Origin: Felis catus | Taxonomy: Eukaryota | NCBI RefSeq assembly: GCF_018350175.1 | Contig: NC_058375.1 | Location: forward strand, 12,090,001-12,154,000 | Length of the DNA stretch: 64,000 nt | Direction of reading: 5' to 3' | Shown here: positions 51,259-62,969 of the stretch, one piece after another | How the letters are laid out: every line of letters starts with the position of its first letter | Numbering within the stretch: position 1 is the first letter of the stretch | Notes under the pieces: model-generated | What the model was told of the DNA's origin: nothing | Database searches by the model: none | Seen by the model: the letters and a program-made list of their open reading frames with translations, nothing else | Position numbers and translations under genes: made by a program

Positions 51259-51937
51259 GGGGCGCCCGGCTGGCTCAGTCAGTACAGTGGTTGACTGTCA
51301 ACCTCGGGGTCTTAAGTTCGAGCCTCACGCTGGGCATAGAGATTACTCAAAAAAATAAAAATCTTGGGGCGCCTGGGTGGCGCAGTCGGTTAAGTGGCCG
51401 ACTTCGGCTCAGGTCATGATCTCGCGGTCCGTGAGTTCGAGCCCCGCGTCGGGCTCTGGGCTGATGGCTCGGAGCCTGGAGCCTGTTTCCGATTCTGTGT
51501 CTCCCTCTCTCTCTGCCCCTCCCCCGTTCATGCTATGTCTCTCTCTGTCCCAAAAAGAAATAAACGTTGAAAAAAAAAATCTTAAAAAAAAAAACCCCAA
51601 AAAAACCGCAAACGTATTTGCTGAGCACTAGGTGCCAGAAACCGCAGGAGGGAAGTAGAACAGTCTTTCAACATTTTCAGCAATGGGGTAGCAGGGAAGG
51701 AGGGCTCCAGAATGCAGGTCAGAGACTGCTCTGTAAGACTGCCTGGCCGGGGGCGCCTGGGTGGCTCAGTTGGTTGAGCGTCCGACCTCGGCTCAGGTCA
51801 TGATCTCGAGGTTCGTGAGTTCGAGTCCCACATCGGGCTCGCTGCTGTCGGCCTGTCAGCGCAGAGCCCGCTTCGGATCCTCTCTCCCCCTCTCTCTGCT
51901 CCTACCCCGTCTGCGCTCTCTCAAAAATAAATATTAA
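51259..51937 (+). mobile_element. Cluster of three forward Can-SINEs (about 51259-51362, 51366-51594 and 51750-51937)
   Basis: Three ggggcgcc heads with A tails. Confidence 0.88.
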
Positions 51938-52924
51938 AGTCATCTGGCGGTATGTATGCCCCATGACTGACAAAACGGGCCTTGGCTGACAGAGCATGAA
52001 GGGCTGAGGCAGAAACAGGCTTGACCTGAACCTGGCACTTTGCTTCGAGACTGGCAAGAGGAGCCCAGACCTTCGCTTTCTCAAAGATCACGGCTCAAAA
52101 GGAGCCTGGGCTGCCCAGAGGTGAAGCACAGGGGAAGAGGCTGATTTCTCACATCAGCCAGGCTCGAGACAAGGCTGTTGAGCTGAGCTTTCTGCCTGGG
52201 CATGTCCTTTTTGTGGTTGTCCGGCTGGAGACGAGATTCCACACACTGTCACTTGATGTCATTCGCTATATTTAGTTACCAATAATATCGCCGTTAGGCC
52301 CCCTGGACCTGATGCCACTTGGGTCAGGATCCTGGATAATTCCACTTTCAGGCAGAATTCATCCCTGGCTGCTCTTTTTTTGGGGGGTGGGGTGGGGGTG
52401 GAGGAGGGATCCTGCTTCTACACCTTTTGGCCATGCCGAGTTGTGGATTGGATCCCGTCTGGAATGAAGGGTTTGAGCTGATGAGGACCTCAACTCGGCT
52501 CACCTGGGACCTGCCGCCCACATCCTAGAGTAACATACAGAAGCAAGTTGTATCCCAGGCAATGGTGAGGGGAAGGAGGCTAGAAGTGAGGGAGTTATAT
52601 TTTCCCTTTCCACGGGCATGGGACCAGTGGGGGTTCTCATCTTGACAGGGGGCAGAGGCGACCTGGCCAAAGGCACTCCCCTGGCTGAGAGAGAGGCCAG
52701 TTCGGGCAACACAGCAGCAGCCACAGGCAAGAGGACCTTCTGGAGGGACAAGGCCCTGCACACCAGGGCTATGGAGGGCTGACGTCTATTGTATACTTCT
52801 CTTTTAGGTGTTATAATAATAAATTTTTGTTAGCCATTGCAGTCAGACTAGCCGGACTCTGGGGATTTAAGGAATGTGCCTACTCTTATAGTTGGGGCTC
52901 AGCCTGGCAGAGAAGATTCTAGAA

Positions 52925-54555
52925 CTATGCTTTCAAACCTGGTAGCCACTTGTGGCTATCGAACACCTAAAATACGGCTAGTCTGGGGGCACCTGGGTGG
53001 CTCAGTCAGTTGAGCATCTGACTTCAGCTCAGGTTATGATCTTGTGGTTCGTGAGTTTGAGCTCTACACTGGGGTCGCTGCTCTCAGCCTGTCAGCACAC
53101 AGCCCGCTTTGGATCCTCTGTCACCCTCTTTCTGCCCCTCCCCTGCTTGTGCTGTCCCCAAAATAAATAAATATTTTAAAAGTATGGCTAGCGTGAATGA
53201 AGATATAAGTACAAAATATACATCAGTGGTCAAAGACTTACTATAGAAGAATGTGAAATGATGTGGTTTTGGGGGTGGTCTGGAGTTGACAGCCAAGAAA
53301 GAATTCTTGAGATGTCTTTGGTGCAAAAGGTGTTTTTTTTTTTTTTAATGTTTATTTATTTTTGAGACAGAGGGAGACAGAGCATGAATGGGGGAGGGTC
53401 AGGGAGAGAGGGAGACACAGAATCCGAAACAGGCCCCAGGCTCTGACCAGTCAGCACAGAGCCCGACGCAGGGCTCAAACTCACGGACCGCGAGATCATG
53501 ACCTGAGCCGAAGTCGGCCGCTCAACCGCCTGAGCCACCCAGGCGCCCCCAAAAAGGTGGTTTTATTAAAGCACGGGGGGACAGGACCCGTGGGCAGAAA
53601 GAGCTGTCCGGGGATTGTGAGGAGTGACTGACTGTATACTCCTTGGGAGTTGGGGGAGGTAAAGGCAAGGGGAGGTCTCCAAAAGGACTTTCATAGGCTA
53701 CAGAGGACTCACAGGGTCCTGGAGGCCTAGCTATTGTCAAGCTAAGGTTGTTTTTCCCTGGAGGAATGGCCTACTCTGCCTGCCTCAAATATTCGTCCAT
53801 GTGCTGCAGACTATAAGGAAATTTAAATTTCTCTACCATTTCCTACTTGCCTTTGTTCCTCACATCACTATGGAGGGGAGGGTGATGTTGGGGCTCCAAG
53901 AAACTGAGTCTACAGGATTCTGGAGATGAGGCTATTGATAAGATTGCCTTTTTCTTGTAATTTACTGAGACATCTGTAAAGTGATGGAGACTCAGGTCCC
54001 ACATGACTGTGATCTCTATCAATTAACCATTGGTTTTTCCCTTTCCTTTGTTCTTGGGCAGCCAGGAGTGCCTGAGGAATGTCACACAAGTCCCACCTGG
54101 GGAGGACAGGGGGTTTGTCGGGGTCAGCTTGCCTTATGCTCCCTCATCATGAAATATTTCGCTGATATTTAAAATGTTTTTAAATGTTTATTTATTTTTG
54201 AGGGAGAGAGAGAGAGACAGAACGTGAGTGGGGAAGGGGCAGAGAGAGGGGGAGACACAGAATCTGAAGCAGGTTCCAGGCTCTGAGCTGTCAGCACAGA
54301 GCCCGACGTGGGGCTTGAATTCACGAACTGTGAGATCATGACCTGAGCCGAAGTCGGACACTTAACCGACTGAGCCACCCAGGCACCCCGATATTTTTAA
54401 ATATTGATTACACGTTGAAATGGTGATAATTTGGATATATTGGGTTAAAGGAAACATACTAACTTCACCTTTTTTTCTTTTACTTTTTAAAACATGGCTA
54501 CTAGAAACTTTTAAAATTGCATGTGTAGCTTGCATATTTCTATTGGAAAGTGCTG
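52925..54555 (+). mobile_element. MER33-like hAT-Charlie MITE with 8-bp TSD TTCTAGAA, split by nested insertions
   Basis: ggtagccacttgtggctat..ggctag / tattgattacacgttgaaatg..ggctactagaaa..tttctattggaaagtgctg; TTCTAGAA at 52917-52924 and 54556-54563. Confidence 0.8.
53259..54149 (-). mobile_element. ERV solo LTR (family not identified) with TGATG..CATCA ends and 5-bp TSD TGAAA; contains a Can-SINE (about 53332-53550)
   Basis: TGAAA at 53254-53258 and 54150-54154; inverted termini; AATAAA on the minus strand near 53562. Confidence 0.75.
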
Positions 54556-55087
54556 TTCTAGAAGTCTCAGGGTGACTTCCAGCAATCCTGAGGTAGGTGA
54601 GTAGCCAAGATATGAAAGTGTCACTAGACTGGATTTAACACACCAGCATCCTCTGGGGAGTCTCAGAAATGGGTGGGTCAGGAAACCACAGTGAAGATTG
54701 CCTTTGCTATGGCTTGGGCCACATTAGTTGGGTATAAAACAGAGGATGACCTCAGGGGGCTGGACCCATGGGTTAAGTCTGGGAGTATAACTAGTGACTT
54801 TCATTTTGCAGTGGCTCCTTAAAATGGCATCACCAGAATATCAGTCCAGAATTCCAAGGTGGGGCTGAGGGGTAAGACCTCCTGAGGTATACCCCCAAAG
54901 AATCGGGAGTGGCTTCTAGGCCCAGCAAGCAACTAGGTGGCTTTATTTTAGGGCTTCAGAGAGTTTCACGAAGTTTCACGAAGACCGTGTTAGACCATGG
55001 CTATGTAGTATGGATTTTTCTACCATGGGTCAAGTCACAAATATCTACATGTAACAATTCCATATAAGAATATGATATTATCTACAG

Positions 55088-55518
55088 CAGTGGATACTGT
55101 TGGTGCCCTGCCGGATCGTCTTCTGGTTATGAGCCCATTCCCCAGATCCTGTGACTTTGCTGCTCACTGCAGCTGTGATCCCCTTTAGATGATTGCTCAT
55201 GGGCTACTGGTGTCCCCTTGCCCATTGGGAGAGCCAAAGTCCCCATCACCAGTGACTGCCTGGTGCAGGTGTACAAAACTCTGCCCCCCCTTGGGATGAC
55301 TCTGAGCTGCCTCATATGTTCCAGAGCTCTTCCTTCAGTGAGCAGGCTGAGGCTACACCTCAGGTCACATTCCTCTTTGGCTTCTTCCCTTTCCTCATCC
55401 TGCTTCCTCCACCCCCTTCCTGGTTTCTCTTGGACGGACTTAATAAATAATAAATCATTTGTTCCCAAATGCTCACTCATTTCAGGGTCTGCTTCTGGGG
55501 AACACCGCCAGAAAAACA
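55088..55518 (+). mobile_element. LTR16-like ERVL solo LTR
   Basis: tcctgcttcctccacccccttcctggtttctc..aataaatca..cagggtctgcttctggggaac resembles the recalled LTR16 3' end. Confidence 0.7.
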
Positions 55519-55759
55519 TAGCCAGACTTTACTATGGGTATTGGTCTTGACCTTGGGTGGTGGCCATGTAATACATATGCATTGAATGTGGAGGGGGTTC
55601 TAAACTCTTGAGATTTCCTTGCTGAACCCTGACCTTGAGCCCAGAAGAGCAGGAACTGAGCCCACCAGGACAGGGCCCATGTGTGGACTGCTTCACTCCA
55701 GGCTGTGTCCGTGAAACAACAATGAACATCACACCAACACGTGACTTCCCCTCTGATGG

Positions 55760-55780
55760 TTTATTTTATTGCTATTTATT
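55760..55780 (-). terminator. PADI2: Probable PADI2 polyadenylation signals (three AATAAA) with a downstream GU-rich element; implies a 3' UTR of about 2.8 kb (58533 to about 55745)
   Basis: tttatt at 55760-55765, 55765-55770 and 55775-55780; minus-strand gtgttggtgtgatgttcattgttg follows. Confidence 0.7.
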
Positions 55781-58533
55781 CAGGCTCTTCCCCAAACATC
55801 TTTCGATCTCCATCATGGCCTCTTGTCCAGAAAGTTGAAACCGTGCCCTGCTTCTTGCCCTCGTCACAACACCCCCCCCCCCCCGCCTTCCCTCTTACAC
55901 GGAATATTTCAAAATAAAGATCGAAACAGGAACTTAGCTGAATTTTGCAACACAGAAGTGTATCCTAGGCCTACATTTAGAGAAAGTGGGGGACGGGGAA
56001 GAGCAGTGAGTCCATGGGGTGGGGGAGGCGTGCACGCGGAAGGCAGTCACACGGGGTGGGAGGCAAACAAGATAATAGGTATCTGAGTCCTGGGGGCTCC
56101 AGAATCATCAGAAATTACTGACTTCCCGATGGGAAGTTTTAGAAAAATCTATAACACACACTGTCTCCACATGGGAGGCGTTCACTTCCCCTTAAGGTAG
56201 ACTAGAGAAAAATGAAAGAAACCCCAAACCCCACATTAACCGAACACACACACGCAAACACACACACGACAAACTCTAAGTCTCCAGATAAACTCCTTCA
56301 AATAGGCACTCTGGGGTTGCAGATATCTGGGGCTTTGGCCCCAAAAGGCAGGGGGGCACGATAGCTTCTGAAAGCTCTGAGGTCTGATCTGTCGGGTGGT
56401 ACCGGCCCAGCTGGATGGGAAAGGAAGCTGGTCTGAAAAAGAACCTTCTACCTTCATCTAAAATAGTGACTTACAGGAAGTTCTGTGCCCTGTGCATTTC
56501 CTGAATGTAGCAGGTTGGCGTTGCTAAAGAGCGCATCACTGAGATGGCAAAAGCTGGCCATTTAGATGTGGGCATTGCATCTGGAGACCTGACTGGCTCC
56601 ACGAAGCAAGGACAAGGTGCAATCTGCTGCTAACCACCGTATCCTCAGAGCCCAGCACTGTGCCGGGCACTTAGTAGGCCTGCAACAAATGCCTGCTGAT
56701 TGAATGACATAAGCCAAGAAGAAAAATCCTGTTCTCTCAAGAAGACGGATGTATAACCTTTTCATTGGTTATAAATTGGCTCTTTTTAAACTCTCAAAGT
56801 GGAATTGTACTTTACTTATTCTCCTGACATCAGCTGGCCCTACACTTTTTTTTTTTTTAGTTGAAACTGAGTCTTTTTGGTTGGAGCCAGGGAATTAATC
56901 TAGTTGTGTCCAAATTAGTGGTTGCTCAGCAAATGCACTGGTGAACTTCCGTGGGACAGACGGTCTGTCTGAGGCCAGCTGCTGGCCCAGAACTGGCTGT
57001 TCGGCTGGAGGCCAGGCCAGGTCCTTACACGTTGAGTCTAAGATCTGGGGAGGACAGGTGGGTCCTTCACTGTACCCTGGGGGGCAGGGCTGAGCTTGGC
57101 TGGTGGTGAAAAAGTCCTTGTCTAGCTGCCTGGAGGGATGGCGTCAGGAATAGGAAGTAGAGGCAGGAGAGGAGGGAGGTCAGGGATTGCCCAGAGACTG
57201 GAGAACCAGGAAGCAGAAGGCTATGGTGGAGCCCAGGTGTCTTCACGCACTGCACTCTTGGGCACAAGGATGCTGGTGTGGGGGGATCAAGCACTTGGGG
57301 GAGCCTGTGTCCATCTGAAAGACGAGGTATAAGGAGCATCTTGAAAATGGAGAAGGCTGTTCTGATAAAATCCGCTTCCAGGGAAGGTTCTAAGGTAAAC
57401 GATTGGACCCTCAGGGAATAGGGAAGCTAGTCAATGGCGTCTACACTGCAGAGAGAAAGCCAAGGGGATCGGAGCGAGGCAGGGAAGGAATGACTAATTG
57501 GAGGCAGCCACCTGGACACCCCAAGAGAGCTGAATTTGAAATGATGTCAGCAGTTCAAGGTATGTCTGGGGGGGGGGGCCAGGGTCCCTTTCCATGGGCT
57601 CTAACTTGACCTTCAGGGCATGGCTACCAGAACTGGTGATCCCAGAGCCTCCAGAACCTCCTTCCCTTCTCCCCTCTTTCAATTTTGGACAAGAGCCTAA
57701 GGACTCTTTGGGGGAATGATTTGGGTACAGGGTTTTGGTTTTCTTTTTTGTTTTTCGTATCAGGGTTATACAGACACTGGCCAAGTGCACGGCTGTTTTC
57801 AGGAAGGACAGGGTTGAGGCTCACCAGGGTGGTTTGGGCGGACGCTAGGGCCCTTCTGAGAGATGACAAGGTACAGATATCCCAGATTCCTCACCTCTTG
57901 CTGCCAGTGGGACAGAATCCTTGTCAAGTCCCTGCCGGGCAAGGGGAAGTTCTGGGGGGTTCAAGGAGTCTGGAGAAGGAAGGGAGGAGGGAATCGCCAA
58001 GGCACCTGTAGCGTAAGCCCTGACAGTTGGGTTTTCTCTTCGGTGGCTCAAGTGCCTGACTTAAGCTTTGATTGCTGAGGTAGCCACTTTAGAGAAGGCT
58101 ATCTGCAATAGGCATGTTGCCAGCCACAGGACTAGATAAAAAGCCAGGCTTCTTCCTCCCCCCAGGCTCCTTTGTTTTAGATTTGGTTGGTTTCTATAGC
58201 TGACCATCTGGGCCCCTGGATTTCCCTCTTCCTGCGCTTTAAATTCCAGCTCTTATGTTTTAAGCTCACCAATAGGAGCGAGCCCGCAAAACCCTAGCCC
58301 CCTCCCCTCGACCCCCCCACCAAGAAAAGCAGAACCCCAGGCCTGTGTGGTCTCTCTCTCCCTGTGACCTCGCTGTGTGGCCCCAAGTGTGCCGTCCCAT
58401 AGGTAACAATCCTAAAGTTTCCTGACAGTTACTGCCGAAGGGTATCTTGCGATCGTAAAGAACCACGAGGGCGGGCCCAGCCACGATACGGGTTATGGGT
58501 GAGCTGAGACCCGCACACGGCAGCCCCCTGAGA

Positions 58534-58767
58534 TCAGGGTACCATGTGCCACCACTTGAAGGCGAAGGGCTTCCTGCGGACGTTGGTGCCGCAGTGGACT
58601 TCGCCCAGAAACTTGTGGTAGGCCGAAATGTCATCCACGAAGGTGCAGCAGAGGCCCAGGGGCTCCAGCAGGGAGCGCACGTGTGTCTCCAGGCAGCATA
58701 CCTCCTCCACCTGGGGCCCGAACGGCTTAGGGATGCCCAGGTCCTTGTCCAGCACAATCATGTTCAC
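58534..58767 (-). CDS. PADI2: PADI2 last coding exon (exon 16 by human numbering; [41 protein letters not shown]), peptidylarginine deiminase 2
   Basis: ggcag acceptor; TGA at 58534-58536; catalytic Cys motif GEVHCGTNV; PADI2-type residues; adjacent to SDHB. Confidence 0.96.
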   Translation of the reverse strand: MNMIVLDKDLGIPKPFGPQVEEVCCLETHVRSLLEPLGLCCTFVDDISAYHKFLGEVHCGTNVRRKPFAFKWWHMVP

Positions 58768-59413
58768 CTGCCACGGGGGTGAGGCACCAGCTCCGTTTAG
58801 TGAGCGCCTACTACTCGCCTGGGCCCTGTGCGAAGCTCACTGAACCTTCCCAGCTACCCTACGATGCGAGTGTGGTGATTATCCCCACTTTACGGATGAG
58901 GAAACCGAGGCACCGATGGGGCGAAGCAACCTCCTACGTGGCAGAGCTGAAGTGGAAAAACCAGGCAACCTGCCTCTGCACGCACGCGTGGGAATATGCA
59001 CACGCACACGCACGTGGTCAAATGTGTACATATGGGCGCGTGAGTATTTGCGTGTGCATCAATAGGTATCTGTGTGTGTGTTCTAACCTCCCTCCTTCTC
59101 ATAGAAGACTCTCCTGCATGACGACAAGGATCCCTCCTGTCCATAAAGGTCTTTTTAACTCGGAAAGCCCTTTCCGATCTGTTAAAGGATTTCCGGGACC
59201 CCCGTGAGGCAGCTGTAGGATGGGCATTCTCACCCCTACGAGGGAACGCCGCCCCGAGAGGACAGGTGCCTGGGGTGGATGGGCGAGGCCACGCAGCAGC
59301 TCATCCAGGGCGGGGACCTGGACTTCCCGACCCACAGACTTAGCCGAGGGGACCTTCTGGCTCTGGCTGCCCCTGGTTGGCCCCGACGAGGTTTGGGGCC
59401 CCGCGTGCCTCAC

Positions 59414-59542
59414 CATATTTGGGAAGTAGGCTCTGGCCTGGCGTTTCTCATCCATCTTGAACAGAGCGGGCAGATCGATGATGTCCTGCTCTGTCAGCCC
59501 CAGCTCCTTCTTGAGGATGTCACGGTTCCAGTCCAGGCAGCG
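59414..59542 (-). CDS. PADI2: PADI2 exon 15 (129 bp; [43 protein letters not shown])
   Basis: Poly-C/cag acceptor and gtgagg donor; seen in ORF 59099..59674(-). Confidence 0.96.
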
Positions 59543-60240
59543 CTGGGGGGGGGGGGGGGGGGGAAGGGAGGGTAGGCAAGCAAGTCCGGGGACACTCCTG
59601 CCATCTGCGCCGACCCTGCTCCTGTCTGCAGCATCACACCTAGGGCCCCAGCACTCCAGGGAGACTTCCAGCACCTACCTAGCACCCCGCCACCTCTCCA
59701 GTGCCCCTCCCACCAGGGCTCAGTAACGGTGGGAATAAAGAGAACAAGACAGAAGAAGGTCACAGAATGACGCTTGGTAGAAATGAGACAGGGACTCAGA
59801 AGGGGGGATGCATCCATAGCAAACTTCAGGGAGCACTGATCCCCTAAAAAAAAATTAAAATCCAGGGCATATATTTACACACGCATTTCCTAGAAAGCAA
59901 GTCCGAGGCTTGCATCATATTTTAAAGGCGTGCGCCTCCCCCAATGTCATGGGCCTTACAGAACCCTTGGCTCTTTAGCACTGCCTGATGCACCTTCCTT
60001 CCCAGGTCTCCTGCCTGCTCCTGGCCTCCGCGGGCCGCCACAGCCTGCCTTTGTCCCTCCATTTAGCTCCCAGCTTTAGCACAGCAGCAAAGCAGGGAGG
60101 CTGGACCGGAGGCTCATCGAGGCCCTTCCCTCCGTCTTGGACCCTGAACCCTCGGTCGTTCCCTGTGGAAGCCCTGAGGACGTGAGAGGCGTCATTGGGC
60201 ACAACCCCATCCCTCCCAGGGCCCCCTGCTCCGGCCTCAC

Positions 60241-60326
60241 CTGGAAGTATTGGTTCTCTTGCACGAGACTCTCGCTGGACAGAATCTTGTTGATGGTGAT
60301 TCGCTTGCTGCTCATCCCGCCCAAGC
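60241..60326 (-). CDS. PADI2: PADI2 exon 14 (86 bp; GLGGMSSKRITINKILSSESLVQENQYFQ)
   Basis: ccacag acceptor and gtgagg donor; seen in ORF 60076..60399(-). Confidence 0.96.
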
Positions 60327-62038
60327 CTGTGGAGGTCAGAGGTCCCAGGGGACAGTCGAGCCTCAGGTTCCCAGCCTGGGTGCTCCCCTCTGTCAGCACC
60401 CCCCCCCACCTGCTCCCAGCTATTGGGCTAACTGCTGGGAGGGAAGAGATGGGGCCAGGGACAGGCAGGGACCCAGGAAGGTAACCCTAGGGCAGGGGAG
60501 GACAGCACACACACTTCCTTCTCCAGGACGGGCCATGTTGCTTGGGCCAAGGAAGGGGTGGCTTGCTTTCTCTCTGGCCAGAGGGTGGAGTGGTACAGGT
60601 TGGTACCCGGGTCTCCCCCCGCCGGAGCCTGCTTCTAAGGACCAGCAGCTGCCCAGGGTGAGTGTGGCGAAAGCAGGAGGCCCAGAGGTCGCCCTCGCTG
60701 TTTTCTAGAGCTGCCTCATGCTTGGCCCCTGCCCTGGTGTGTGCCTGCACCTGCCTCCTAATCCACGCACGGCTTTCGGTCTGATTAGTCCTGCCTAATG
60801 CTCGCTGAGCACTCTTCTAGCTGTTTTACATGGATCAACTCAGGAATCTTTCCTATATTCCTAGGAGGTAGCTGTTCGCATGAAAGATAAAGAAACTGAG
60901 GCAGAGAGAAGCTAAATGACTTGTCCAGGTCTTTTAGCTTTGGTAGACCCTGTATGCAGACCAGGCAGTCTGATTCTAGAAGCTAAGCTATTAATTCTTC
61001 TTCTTTTTTTTTTTTTTTTTTTGTGCCTGATCTGGGAAGAGTTGGCTGGTCCATCGCACTTCCCAATCTTGCAGCCTGTCACTGGCAAAGAGATTGGGGC
61101 TGTCACACCCTGCACCTGTGCTGCCTCCACAGTGCCGCTTGGACCTGTCCGTATAAAGATAATGGCTCCTATACCCTATGGGTAGCTTTGGGGGTGTTTT
61201 TACTATATAAAGAAGCCTCCAGGAAATCCAGACTCATGCTGGCCAATCCAAGAAAAACAATTCCCCATCGGTTGGGAATAAAAACAGGACAGTGGTCTTA
61301 AATTGGCTTTGTCTATTCTGGCCCCTAGTCACTATCAAGAGCACTGCCTTTGGATACGGAGGGCAGTGATGTACGTAAGTATCAATGAGCCTTAGGAACG
61401 CAGACTTTTGGGAGTAGGCAGACTGGAGATACCAACCTGAAAAGTGACAAAAAGTAATTTAAGAAAAACGTGTAAGAAATTGTTACGCCCTCTGTAACCT
61501 GGCTCGTCGTCTCCAGCCGATCAGCTTTCCCTCTTTCCATAATTAATTCAAGAGCACACCTAGTCTCCGTCTGCATCTGTCCCAGTTAAGTGCATGCCTA
61601 AATTAAGCAGATAATTTCTCACTCTGGGACTGACAGTAACGACGTCTGGCTGTAGATCACGTCAGGCTGTTCCCACTTTTCTTCCTGTCCGCCACCTGCA
61701 TTACGTATATTTTTCTCTATCTCCCTTTCAAGCTCCTCAAATCCAGATCACAGGTCAGTTAGCTCTTTTTGGGGTCTGGTGCCACTTAAAGTGTCCACTT
61801 TAAATGTGTATGCTGATAATAGGGAGCAGCGGGCAGCTCGATGGTCCAGCTGACCACGGCGAAGGTCACAAGAGGCCGGGGCTGCTTCCCACCATGGTGA
61901 CCTCACAGCCCGGAGCCGTCCAGACCCCCAGAAACTGGAGCCGGATGCTCAGGGGCAAAGTGCTCTGCCCCCTCCTCCTGGGCGTCTCTCTGGGGGGCTC
62001 AGCTCCCCACTCCCTGCCAAGGGCCCGTGGGCACTCAC

Positions 62039-62132
62039 CTTTGAACATGATGGCCTCCCCGTGGCCCTCCCTTTGCTTCTCTCGGAAGAGCTTGTAGCAG
62101 GCCGAGGTACTGGCCATGAGCAGCCGGAATTG
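62039..62132 (-). CDS. PADI2: PADI2 exon 13 (94 bp; [31 protein letters not shown])
   Basis: tcacag acceptor and gtgagt donor; seen in ORF 61866..62261(-). Confidence 0.96.
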
Positions 62133-62469
62133 CTGTGAGAGAACATCCAGAGGGACGGTGTCCACAGAAGGGAAGTGGCCGAGGAGCACGAGGGAGCCCC
62201 CCACCAGGGACTCGGAGCCCCGTCTGCCTCTTGTCTCAAGCCTCCCCGTGCCAAGTGGCACAGACGGCCTGGCAGGGTTTTCTCCGCAATGCCATGGAGT
62301 CCAAGCTCAGAGTCCAAAGTGACTTCGGGCAGAATGGAAGAGCTTCTCCACATGGCCAAGAGGCCGGGCCACTTGTATAACATTCCCAGGGTATGCCACT
62401 GCAGCCGTTCCTTTCCCTTCAGAAAACAAAAGAGCCCCAGGCCCACACCCCACAGCTCTCCAGAGCATT

Positions 62470-62665
62470 ACAGTAGCCCCTAGCCCTGTGATTATTGGAC
62501 ACTTGAACTGTGTGGCTAGTCTGAATCGAGACGTGCTGTTCCGGGTAAAGTACACACCAGATTCTGAAGACTTGGTATGAATAAAAAAATGTAAAATCTC
62601 TCATTAATAATTTTTAGATTGATGGCACGTTGAAATGCTAATATTTTGGTATATCGGGTTAAAAA
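62470..62665 (+). mobile_element. MER33-like fragment
   Basis: gtggctagtctgaatcgagacgtgctg..gaagacttggta..tgtaaaatctctcattaataattttt..gttgaaatg. Confidence 0.7.
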
Positions 62666-62824
62666 TTGACCCTGCCACAGCGACAACGTGCAAACCAACT
62701 TGAGCCTACTTCCTTCTTCCTCTCTGCGGTCCACTACCTCTAGATCCTGCCCTCCGCTGACGAGAGCTGGTAGCACATGAGTTCTCCTCTATCCTACTCA
62801 CTCAGGCCTCAGCGGCCAGCTCAC

Positions 62825-62969
62825 CTTTGTGCCTGGGATGGGGACGAAGGTCATGAACTCATCGACGTGGCCCACGGTCAGCCAGTCTGAGTAGAGCTCC
62901 ACGGGTGCCTGCACCTGCTGGGCTTGCAGGAAGTCCCGCACCACCTTGGTCATCCTCCGACCACCGGAC
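62825..62969 (-). CDS. PADI2: PADI2 exon 12 (145 bp; [48 protein letters not shown]); upstream exons lie beyond the window end
   Basis: ccccag acceptor and gtgagc donor; catalytic GHVDEF motif. Confidence 0.96.
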
